A DNA stretch of 64,000 bases from Eledone cirrhosa (taxonomy: Eukaryota), in NCBI GenBank assembly GCA_964016885.1, contig CAXHJY010001759.1, positions 31,617 to 95,616 of the forward strand, given 5' to 3'. Positions within the stretch are counted from its first letter, which is position 1; every line of letters starts with the position of its first letter. Shown in pieces: positions 28,529-38,759 of the stretch. The translations under genes were made by a program, and so were the position numbers. Under the pieces are notes generated by a model. That model was given only the letters and a program-made list of their open reading frames with translations, was not told where the DNA came from and searched no databases.

Positions 28529-28619
28529 GTAATATATATATATATATATATATATTACCCATATATATATATTACACACACACATGTTTATATATACATA
28601 GGTAATATATATACATAGG

Positions 28620-28671
<52 letters not shown>

Positions 28672-28673
28672 TG

Positions 28674-28725
<52 letters not shown>

Positions 28726-28731
28726 ATAATA

Positions 28732-28763
<32 letters not shown>

Positions 28764-28884
28764 GGGTAATATATATATATATATATATTACCCATATATA
28801 TATATATATAATATATATATTATATATATTATACACACACACGTTTATATATACATAGGTAATATATATATATATATATTACCC

Positions 28885-29018
28885 ATAACGAAGGAAATGT
28901 GGTAAGGAACCAGATGGACCATAACGCACCAAAGTACTCAATACTTAGGGTAGTAGAGTGGGTAATAGGAACCAGTAAGACCCCTACGGCTGAGCTCAAG
29001 CCATTTCGACGGCTAATT
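28885..29018 (-). mobile_element. Family P1 copy
   Basis: Reverse complement of 11519-11648. Confidence 0.7.
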
Positions 29019-29078
29019 CTGGACTGGTAGTATATACATTCTGGACTGGTAGTACATACATTCATTTATATATACTAC

Positions 29079-29118
<40 letters not shown>

Positions 29119-29197
29119 TTATATATATAATATATATATTACACACACACACACATATGTTTATATATACATAGGTAATATATATATATATATTTAT

Positions 29198-29282
<85 letters not shown>

Positions 29283-29485
29283 CAAACTGGGTGTAGTCCT
29301 TCCCTTACTGAAACAGCAACTAGAGGTGGTGGTGTTGATGGTCTTAATGGTGGTGATGGTATTGATGGTGGTAGTTGGTAGTGTTGGACATTTTGTGGAA
29401 AATGCAGGAAATAAACATTGAACCCTTAGCAATAAAGGGATGATGTTACATCCCAGCTGAAACTACCAGTGGAGCTTTATATATG

Positions 29486-29563
<78 letters not shown>

Positions 29564-29639
29564 ATATATATATATATATACACATATATATATATACACA
29601 TATATATATATATATATACACATATATATATATATATAT

Positions 29640-29715
<76 letters not shown>

Positions 29716-29976
29716 TGAATTTTATATAATACTAGTTCATTCTCCTTTGGGGACACACACACTCACAGCGAGCATAGTTTTTATACCACCCCCTTCTTCC
29801 CTTTTAGACATGCACACACACTTATTCACACAAAGCTTTATGTAAAAGTTGAAGCACTTTGATTTTTTTTTTTTCACTGTAGAATTTTCACCATCCCCTT
29901 CCTTCATTTTACGAGTGGACTGACATGGGTGGACATGATTTGAATTTTATTTATTTATATATATATGAAAAGATTG

Positions 29977-30116
29977 AGGACCCTGACTGCTGAGCTAGCT
30001 GTCGAAACGGATGAAGCTCAGCCGTCGGGGTCCTGAATCTTTTCATATTACCCATTCTACTACCCCAAGTATTGAGTACACTGGTGGGTTTATGGTTCAC
30101 CTGGTATTTTACCACA
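29977..30116 (+). mobile_element. Family P1 copy with 5' fold-back (29977-29996 / 30015-30034)
   Basis: AGGACCCTGACTGCTGAGCT..AGCTCAGCCGTCGGGGTCCT. Confidence 0.7.
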
Positions 30117-30129
30117 TCATATCTGATAT

Positions 30130-30560
30130 ATCATCATCATCATCATTGTCATCGTTTAACGTCCATCTTCCACGCTTGCATGGGTTTGGACGGGAATTGT
30201 CCCACTTGAGGCAAGATTGGTTGTCTTGCTCGTATAGGACTGTCTGGCGGGTTTTCTATGGCTGGATGCCTTTCCTAACACCAACCACGTTTACAGTGTG
30301 GACTGGGAGGTTTTTACCTTGTTACCTACGCAGCCACATTACAGCGTGGACTGTGTGTTTTTTTTGTTGTGACACCTACACGACCTCATTTGTTTCGGAC
30401 TGGATGTTGTGGTACCAACATAACTTTACATGGAAAGGGGTGGTGTGGATGGGTTAGGGGTAGTGGGACGGGGGGTGGGTTGTGTATTTTTGTTAGAGGT
30501 GCCTACTGACTGTAGGTTTCGCTTTGTACTTAGGCAAGGCGGGTCTACTGTATTACTGTG
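30130..30560 (-). mobile_element. RTE LINE 3' end and 3' UTR
   Basis: Reverse complement of ~14033-14455. Confidence 0.85.
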
Positions 30561-30776
30561 TGTATATATATATATATGAGTGAGAGAAAGAGAGGTGTGT
30601 GTATGTATGTAGTGAAGTAAAGTATATCTATAATGCAGAAACCAAGGAGACTACTTATCATGTGAGTACTCAATACATGGGGAGATGTAGAGTGGGTATA
30701 GATATATGTAAAATCCGGACCACAGCGCTAAGCAGTTTCAGCTTGTGTGTCCAGCAAGCCTTTTAGTATCATCATT

Positions 30777-31116
30777 CATCATCATCATTTCATTTTACGT
30801 CCGCTTTTTCCCTGCTTGCAAGGGTGGGACGGGAACTGATGCTGGCTTGATTTCTACAGCTGGATGCCCTTCCTAACACCAACCTCATTTACAGTGAGTG
30901 CTTGGTGCTTTTTTGCTGTGGCACCTCCACGGCCACTTTGCAGTGGTATGATAGAGACCCCAGTCCCTATCATCTCATTTCTACAGCTGAGTAAACTGGA
31001 GCAATGTGAAATAAAGTGTCTGGCTCAAGGAAACAACACATCACCCGGTCTGAGAATTGAACTCACAACCTTTCGATTGCAAGGCCAATGCTCTAACCAC
31101 TGAGCCATGTGCCTCC
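30777..31116 (-). mobile_element. SINE family A, full length
   Basis: Near-identical to 541-880. Confidence 0.85.
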
Positions 31117-31329
31117 ATTGTTATATATATATATATTAGGTATTAATTTAACAATGAAAATGAGAACAAAGTCAGGTTGTCTTACTTATTCATATCATTG
31201 TTTTATGATCGTTTCGGAGGGTTGATCATATTGACATATTGACTGATCTACAGCAGTTATATAACTGTATATTATCAGACATCATATATAGGTTTGATCA
31301 AACCATCTTAATATATACTTCAATATATA

Positions 31330-31472
31330 TAGTAATAATAATAATAAATTTGAAGACTAAAATCCAAAGAGGGCTCGATAAGGATAAATATATATCAGAT
31401 ATATAAGAACCGTAGAGCAAATATTTATTTCACCCTTAACGGGATCTTCAGAAGATCCCGTTAAGAGTGAAA
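31330..31472 (-). mobile_element. pLTR-like fragment with hammerhead core and a fold-back centred in the core (31428-31472)
   Basis: Minus strand: CTGAAGA-T-CCC(gttaa)GGG-T-GAAA-TAAA-TA-TTTGC; the downstream part is also present at ~7036-7125. Confidence 0.6.
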
Positions 31473-31591
31473 GCAGCAATTCTTTGCTTAACTTTAATCT
31501 GTTATTTTAATAAATATATATATATATATAAAATAAAATGAGTAAGTAAAATATGTAAAATTTGGCTTCGTTTATTATAAATTATAAATAT

Positions 31592-31646
31592 ACTGCTATA
31601 TATATTTCTGTGACAGCTATTATTGGCTGTGACCTCTTCAGGCAGT
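31592..31646 (-). ncRNA. Minimal hammerhead ribozyme (mirror copy of 31718-31772)
   Basis: Exact reverse complement of the plus-strand motif. Confidence 0.75.
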
Positions 31647-31717
31647 CCGAATTGGTGTGGAAAAGACAGGTACACACTTCAACAACATGTGTATCTGTCT
31701 TTTGCACACCAATTCGG

Positions 31718-31772
31718 ACTGCCTGAAGAGGTCACAGCCAATAATAGCTGTCACAGAAATATATATAGCAGT
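31718..31772 (+). ncRNA. Minimal type-I hammerhead ribozyme
   Basis: ACTGC-CTGAAGA-G-GTCACAGC(caataata)GCTGTCAC-A-GAAA-TATATA-TA-GCAGT; perfect stem I, palindromic stem III. Confidence 0.8.
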
Positions 31773-32013
31773 AAATTTATAATTTATAATAAACGAAGCC
31801 AAATTTTACATATTTGACTTACTTATTCTATTTTACATTACTCCGGAATAAACAAACCAACCTGTGTACTTCGTCGAGCGTTCCAATCTGCATACTGAGG
31901 TGTCGGTAAACAACCAACATATACTAAAAATATATGTATATATATATAAGTAGTAACACAACAGTTAGTTGACCATACCGAGAACAATTGTTTCACCTTA
32001 AGCGGGTCCTCAT

Positions 32014-32054
32014 CCAAGCTGAGGATCCGCTCAAGGTGAAACAATTGTTCTCGG
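32014..32054 (+). ncRNA. Minimal hammerhead ribozyme inside fold-back 31948-32084
   Basis: CCAAG-CTGAGGA-TCCGCTCAAGGT-GAAA-CAATTG-TT-CTCGG; palindromic ACAATTGT; weak stem II. Confidence 0.7.
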
Positions 32055-32254
32055 TATGGTGAACTAACTGTTGCGTTACTACTTCTACCAAACTCGTCCC
32101 ATGGACTCAGTCCTCTACTACTACGGATATTACCTTCCAGTGTTCTACCTTTACATATATATATACATATATATATATACTTCAATGAAAATACAAGAAG
32201 GTTGGATTCCCAAATAAAGTTATTTGGGAATCCAACCGTCTTGTAAACCTTCTT

Positions 32255-32430
32255 GTAAATGTGGTTGGCGTTAAGAAGGGCATCCAGCAGTAGAAACCAA
32301 GTGAAAAACCATTCTTGTATGAGCAAGACGTGGTCATCTGACCTAGCTTGTCTCACAGTGGGACAACTGATCTAACTCATTCATGCTAGCATGGAGAAAA
32401 TAGTCATTAAACAGTGATGATGATGATGTG
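32255..32430 (+). mobile_element. SINE/RTE-type tail fragment
   Basis: GTGGTTGGCGTTAAGAAGGGCATCCAGC..CATGCTAGCATGGA..(GAT)n. Confidence 0.7.
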
Positions 32431-32851
32431 ATGATATATTTGTTTATATATTTATTTATATATTTATTTATATATTTGTTTATGTGCTTGTTTGTTTTAT
32501 TGATCTGTATCGGCAGCGCAATCATTCAACTTATCTCTTTTGATATTTTTCCAATTCCTTTTGATATACATCAATTATCTAAACAGACACAGATTTATAT
32601 GTATCGACAACAACAGCTCATATTATTTTATTAATTATTTCCCTACACAACGATTCTGTACACATAATTTACGTAACCTTAACCCTTCTTGGTACCAAAC
32701 TGCATGAAACCACCCACCCCATGATTTTCTGAGACAAAACTCCTCGTTTTAAAGCATTCATATTTATATTGAAATCTAGCACCATGTAAATTTATATAAT
32801 TTTATATGTATTTTATAAACAACAATCAAAGAGTGTTTTAGAACATTTAAT

Positions 32852-32898
32852 CACTTACAATCGTTTCATCCAAGCACAAGGCCGGGATCATCAGAGTA
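32852..32898 (-). ncRNA. Minimal type-I hammerhead ribozyme
   Basis: Minus strand: TACT-CTGATGA-TCCCGGC(cttgt)GCTTGGA-T-GAAA-CGATTG-TA-AGTG. Confidence 0.7.
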
Positions 32899-33165
32899 TA
32901 TAGTAAAGGTTAAACACAAATATAATATCAGAAGTTTATCAAAGAACATTTTGAGGATACATAATATGGGAAGTAAGCATAAGTATTAAGATTCATATAA
33001 GAGAAGATAGCAAAGGTAGAAGAAGCATATAAAAAATAAGTGATTAAATGTTCTAAAAAACTCTTTGATTGTTGTCTAAAAAGTATTTCAGCTCTGTAAT
33101 ATACTTGTTATTTTACATTGAGCTATTCTCATACTTGTAATTGGATAATATTTAATATTAACCAC

Positions 33166-33216
<51 letters not shown>

Positions 33217-33219
33217 AAG

Positions 33220-33345
33220 AAAGTGCGGTAAGGAACCAGGTGGACCATAACGCACCAGAGTACTTGATACTTAGGGTACTAGAGTGGGTAATAAAAAAGA
33301 GTCAGGGCCCCGATGGCTGAGCTCTGGCCATTTCGACAGCTAGAT
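33220..33345 (-). mobile_element. Family P1 copy
   Basis: Homology to 11519-11648. Confidence 0.7.
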
Positions 33346-33617
33346 CCGAACTAAACCAGTGGTATTACAATGGCAGAGACCTAGCTGAACTTATCAAGGG
33401 ATACAGTCCATATATGAACATGGAATCAAAACAGTAGAAGTATCATATCAAACAATCCTAAAAATTGTTGTTTTTCTTTTCTGTCACGGGGAGTGGTCAA
33501 TGATTTCGGGATGTCATATACATAGTAAAATTCCTTCATAGCGGCAGGGGTGGTTGAACTTGCCTGTAGAACAAAGGGGAGGGAGTAAGGTGACATTCTG
33601 GCCTGTGGATGCTTTAA

Positions 33618-33837
33618 CCCTTTAATGTTCAATACAGCCCAAACCAGCTAGAATTCTCTACCTCTTTCTGTTGAAATTGGCTGTAACTGGCCACTCATAC
33701 TGATGTTAAGGTATTGTTCTCAAAATAAATACTTTCAAAATCTCATAGTTTCGATATTATGTGAGATAATTATGCGAGATATAGCCTTTACCATGAAAAT
33801 ATAATAGTATATATAGAGTAATGTGAATGGTAAAGGG
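33618..33837. mobile_element. piggyBac-type MITE
   Basis: TTAA-CCCTTTA ... TAAAGGG-TTAA; related copies at ~18130-18310 and ~53760-53955(-). Confidence 0.75.
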
Positions 33838-34220
33838 TTAAGAGAGAATTCTTTACAGCTATCTCTAAAGGGGGTAACAACCTATGAGAAACAAGGAATA
33901 TTGTAGAGTGAATATGAGTATGCCAGGTCTAACAATTGGCTACAGAGCAAAGCATATATAAAGTTAATACTAATTAAATTCCTAATTAATAAAATTTTGT
34001 TATTAATTACTCTAATGCACAAGAACGGCACCTCAAGGTAGTAATTTACCAAAATATCTTCCTTAATGATACCCCCCCCCCCCCATAGCTATGTGTTCGG
34101 CCGGTACTATGTATATCAAACAAGTGTGAAAATATTCGGGTTAACCTAAGTAAGAATAGAAGTTGAATATAATAGTTTAGATATGCAAAGATCCACCTAA
34201 GTGTAGTCAGAGTGTGTAAC

Positions 34221-34510
34221 TCTGTAAAGTTATGTTGGTACCACAACATCCAGTCCTAAATAAATGAGGTCGTGTAGGTGTCACGACAAAAAAAACACAC
34301 AGTCCACGCTGTAATGTGGCCGTGTAGGTAACACGGTAAAAACTGTAAACGTGGTTGGTGTTAGGAAGGGCATCCAGCCATAGAAAACCCGCCAGACTGT
34401 CCTATACGAGCAAGACAACCAATCTTGCCTCAAGTGGGACAATTCCCGTCCAAACCCATGCTAGCGTGGAAGATAGACGTTAAACGACGATGGTGATGAT
34501 GATGATGATA
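34221..34510 (+). mobile_element. RTE LINE 3' UTR fragment
   Basis: Homology to 14157-14455. Confidence 0.8.
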
Positions 34511-34770
34511 TGTCCTATGTATTCTGTGTTTATTCGAGGTAACGAGTTCATCCTTTTTAAGAAAGTAATTTGGTTAAGATCTACCCACAAATGACCATGG
34601 TATATGCACCTAGAAAGTTCCCCCCTGAGGCACAAGTCCGGGCAAGGTTGTTTGTGGAAGACTAGTAGTCACCCATACATACCAGTCTTCCCTCTCCATG
34701 CCACCGATGATGTCCAAGGGAAAGGCAATGGCTGATACAGCTTGGCACTAGTGACATAACAAAATATAAC

Positions 34771-35359
34771 ATCATCATCATCATCATCATCACTGTTTTA
34801 CGTCCGTTCTTCCACGCTAGCATGGGTTAGACGCGTTGTCCTGTTGTGAGCAGTGTCCGGTCGGCTGACCTTGTCTTGCTCATACGGGAACTGATTCTGG
34901 CTTGATTTCTACAGCTGTATGCCCTTCCTAACACCAACCTCATTTACAGTGAGTGCTGGATGCTTTTTCCATGGCGCCTACATGACCACTTTACAGTGTG
35001 GGCTGGGTGCTTTTTTGCCATGACATCTCCACGACCACTTTGCAGTGGAGGTGTGTCTCTGACTCTATGTCTCTGTCTGTCTGTCTGTCTGTGTGACTGT
35101 CTCTGTGACTATGTGAGTCTATGTGTGTTTATCTGTCTGACTTTGTGTCTGTGTCTCTCTATGACTCTGTCTCTCTCTCTATATAGAAATGAGATGATAG
35201 GGACTGGGGTCCCTATCATCTCATTTCTACAGCTGAGTAAACTGGAGCAATGTGAAAAAAAGTGTCTTGCTCAAGGAAACAACACATCACCCGGCCTGAG
35301 AATTGAAGTCACAACCTTTTGATTGCAAGCCCAATGCTCTAACCACTAAGCCATGCGCC

Positions 35360-35360
<1 letters not shown>
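34771..35360 (-). mobile_element. SINE family A copy with internal TCTG-type microsatellite insertion (~35050-35185)
   Basis: Head at ~35190-35360, tail at 34771-35050. Confidence 0.8.
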
Positions 35361-35391
<31 letters not shown>

Positions 35392-35594
35392 TATATACAC
35401 TATATATATATATATAGTGTATACTTTATATATACACTATATATATACTATATATGTTGTCCAAGGGAAAGGTAATGGTCGATACAGCTTGGCACCAGTG
35501 ACATCACAACTTACTCTATATATACACCCTACCCTCTATACTCAATATATGCACTTTATACTCTATATATACACTCTATACTCTATATGTAATG

Positions 35595-35790
35595 TTGTCT
35601 AAAGGAAAGGCAATGGCCGATACAGCTTGGCACCAGTGACATCACAACTCGTTTCTGCAGCTGAGTAAACTGAAGCAACGTGAACTAAAGTGTCTTGCTC
35701 AAGGACACAACACATAACTCAGTCCAAGAATCGAACTCACAACCTCACGATTGTAAACCCGACGCTCTAACCACTAAGCCATGCGCCTTC
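35595..35790 (-). mobile_element. Related tRNA-SINE subfamily sharing the family A head
   Basis: GGCGCATGGCTTAGTGGTTAGAGCG..GAGTTCGATTC..CTTGAGCAAGACAC; body pieces also at ~34560-34760 and ~35455-35510. Confidence 0.75.
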
Positions 35791-35989
35791 ACGAAAGTAA
35801 TTTGTATTTCTGTTAAAACAATAAATAAAAAGAATATATTTAAAGCTACAACAACAACAACAACAAAATCAAAGAAGAAGAAAAGGAAGAAGTTTGACAT
35901 TAAAAACACTTTTGTTAGTTTTATTTAGAAGCAAGAGATAAGGAATTAATGAAAAATATAGTCTTACATTGCCTGTGTAAACATTCTCT

Positions 35990-36660
35990 CTGTATCTGTG
36001 TTTAGCTGTCTGTCTGTCTGTCTAGCTCTCTGTCTGTCTGTCTCTGTGTCAAGCTCTCTGTCTGTCTGTCTCTGTGTCAAGCTCTCTGTCTGTCTCTGTG
36101 TCTAGCTCTCTGTCTGTCTCTGTGTCTAGCTCTCTGTCTGTCTGTCTCTAGCTCTGTCTGTCTGTCTCTGTGTCAAGCTCTCTATCTGTCTGTCTCTCTG
36201 TCTAGCTCTCTGTCTGTTTGTCTCTGTGTCTAGCTCTCTGTCTGTCTCTCTGTCTAGCTCTCTGTCTGTCTGTCTCTGTGTCTAGCTCTCTGTCTGTCTC
36301 TGTGTCTAGCTCTCTGTCTCTCTGTCTCTGTGTCTAGCTCTCTGTCTGTCTGTCTAGCTCTATGTCTGTCTCTGTGTCTAGCTCTCTGTCTGTCTCTCTG
36401 TTTAGCTCTCTGTCTGTCTGTCTCTGTGTCTAGCTCTCTGTCTGTCTCTCTGTCTAGCTCTCTGTCTGTCTGTCTCTGTGTCTAGCTCTCTGTCTGTCTC
36501 TCTGTCTAGCTCTCTGTCTGTCTGTCTCTGTGTCTAGCTCTCTGTCTGTCTCTGTGTCTAGCTCTCTGTCTGTCTCTGTGTCTAGCTCTCTGTCTGTCTC
36601 TGTGTCTAGCTCTCTGTCTGTCTCTGTGTCTAGCTCTCTGTCTGTCTCCATGTCCAGCCC

Positions 36661-36695
<35 letters not shown>

Positions 36696-36790
36696 GTCTA
36701 GCTCTCTGTCTGTCTGTCTCTAGCTCTCTGTCTGTCTGTGTGTCTATGTCTGTCTATGTGTCTGTCTGTATCTCTGTCTGTGTGTCTGTC
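35990..36790. repeat. TCTG-based minisatellite (TCTAGCTCTCTGTCTGTCTCTGTG)n
   Basis: Directly visible; immediately upstream of the LINE. Confidence 0.95.
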
Positions 36791-36966
36791 TCAGGATAGT
36801 AGACGTGTTTCATATCGGCTCTGCGATTTGGGATTTTTACCTGCTATATTTGTGAGTGAATTATTTGAATTATTTTTATTATTGACTCTAACCCCTAGTC
36901 TGGGACTTTAGACGTAGGGTAATTATATTTTCACCCCTTTTGGGGTGAAAAATAATTAATTCAAAA

Positions 36967-38736
36967 ATGTTTATCGATATCGTTGATAACGATATCGTCG
37001 AAAACGATATCGCCATATTGGAAGCGAACGTCACGCCTACCAAAAAAACAAGCGGGAAAGAGGAAACAACAGTTCAAACTGTTGAACAGCCCCTCCTCTC
37101 CAATGAAAAAAAAAAGAATATTAATTCAAATGAAAAACTTAATTTTGTAGAAAAAAATAACACCACAAATAAGGAAACCAACAACATTACAACAACAAAC
37201 AAAGACAAAATTTCTTTTGCCCAAATACTCAGGAAAGCCACGGAATACAAACCCATAGACATCACGAACGCTAAGGAAAATTTGCTAGAGGCTAGAAAAT
37301 ACGTATCTTTTGGGGAGGATGGTTCTTTTACGATCAACTCCCCAGAAGAAGTGCGTCAACAGGTTTATAAGAATACCGTAACCTACAGAACCATAACCAA
37401 CGAAACAAGAAAGCCAGCTCAATTGACCGAAAGTCAAATTGAGCTGGTTCTGAAAGAAATTAAAAACGACATACTCTTTATTCAAAGAGGAAAGCTGTAT
37501 GCCAGCATTATGGTCCGAATGAAGGACGAAATGCTGGCGCAAAAATATTCGGTGGCACCTATAGTGTCACCACAATACACCTTCTTCCCCACATATAAAG
37601 GAAGAAGAACACAAAGAATAAGAATATGGAGCCCAACGCCAGAAATTAACATCTGGTCCGTCCTAACAGGATTTACCGACCTAGAAAATGATATACTTAT
37701 TTCAGCAGGGGAGTCCACCAGTGGACTGTTCGGGGGGAAAAGTCTGGAGGTTCTCTTACAGATGACACCTGAGAGAATCTCCGGAATACCCGACCGAGTG
37801 CTACTGGATGGGCGAACCTTCATAAATATCACAGTGGAAGGCAGGAGACCCTCATGTTACCACTGCGCTGGCAGAGGTCACCTGAGGACGGCCTGCCCTC
37901 TACTAACAACAAAAAAACCACTGCTACAAACACCACAACAACAAAAACAACCAGCACCACCATCACAAAAACAACAAAATACACTACCATCACCACCAGA
38001 ACGACAACAAAAACCAACAACACCACCACCACCACCACCACCACCACAACAACAACATCAACAACAGCTCAAGAAAACAACCCAAAACACGGTCCCACCC
38101 AGCCCCACCCCACAGAACACAAATACAAAAACACACGCAGTTCATGCACAACCCGGAGATATACCCCTCCCCTCCAATACGGAAGAGGAGCTTATATCGT
38201 CGGAAGACGAGGGGGCTCCCTTCCAAAAAGTGAAAAGAAAAAAACGTACACACACCACACAAACAAAAATAACCCCACCTGACAACACAACACAGACAAT
38301 AAAACGCAAACTCACTCAACAACAACAAGCAAAAACAAACACAACAACACAAAAACTCTACACATACATAAACAAAAACAATAAAAACCTAACTGAAAAA
38401 ATAGAAAACAACCCTTCGATACAAACCGAAGGGCCGAATTTCGTAACGGCAATGGGACTCCCTAACCTGAAAATGGTGAAAATCCCACTTGACATTTTCA
38501 AAACTTTGAAAGACATTTACCCTGAGGACGTGGGCCCACCCTGCACCAGGCCACTCAACCGCGTCCTCCTGAAAGGTTTTCCCCTCCCTTCCTCAAACAC
38601 CCACACAACTCCAAAGATCCCAACCCCTCCACACACTAATACCCCCACACCACCACAAACCACCACCCCACCCATCAACCCCTCCACCAGCCCCATGGAA
38701 ACTGAGCGGCCCGAACCCCGGGACGCAGAGAGGTAA
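36967..38736 (+). CDS. LINE ORF1 (Tx1/L1-type, zinc knuckle), 589 aa
   Basis: SFAQI motif, VEGRRPS-CYHCAGRGHLRTAC (CX2CX4HX4C), FQKVKRKKR basic patch; lies upstream of ORF2. Confidence 0.88.
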   Translation: MFIDIVDNDIVENDIAILEANVTPTKKTSGKEETTVQTVEQPLLSNEKKKNINSNEKLNFVEKNNTTNKETNNITTTNKDKISFAQILRKATEYKPIDITNAKENLLEARKYVSFGEDGSFTINSPEEVRQQVYKNTVTYRTITNETRKPAQLTESQIELVLKEIKNDILFIQRGKLYASIMVRMKDEMLAQKYSVAPIVSPQYTFFPTYKGRRTQRIRIWSPTPEINIWSVLTGFTDLENDILISAGESTSGLFGGKSLEVLLQMTPERISGIPDRVLLDGRTFINITVEGRRPSCYHCAGRGHLRTACPLLTTKKPLLQTPQQQKQPAPPSQKQQNTLPSPPERQQKPTTPPPPPPPPQQQHQQQLKKTTQNTVPPSPTPQNTNTKTHAVHAQPGDIPLPSNTEEELISSEDEGAPFQKVKRKKRTHTTQTKITPPDNTTQTIKRKLTQQQQAKTNTTTQKLYTYINKNNKNLTEKIENNPSIQTEGPNFVTAMGLPNLKMVKIPLDIFKTLKDIYPEDVGPPCTRPLNRVLLKGFPLPSSNTHTTPKIPTPPHTNTPTPPQTTTPPINPSTSPMETERPEPRDAER

Positions 38737-38759
38737 GTGCCTCTTTCTTTGCCACCAAC

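Larger units (their letters stand above)
31531..31835. mobile_element. ~145-bp-arm palindrome carrying a hammerhead on each strand
   Basis: Arms are near-perfect reverse complements around an ~11-nt loop (~31678-31688). Confidence 0.9.

Noticed and set aside
36785-36791. TCTGTCT as TSD of the full-length LINE
   Set aside because: Cannot be distinguished from the surrounding microsatellite.
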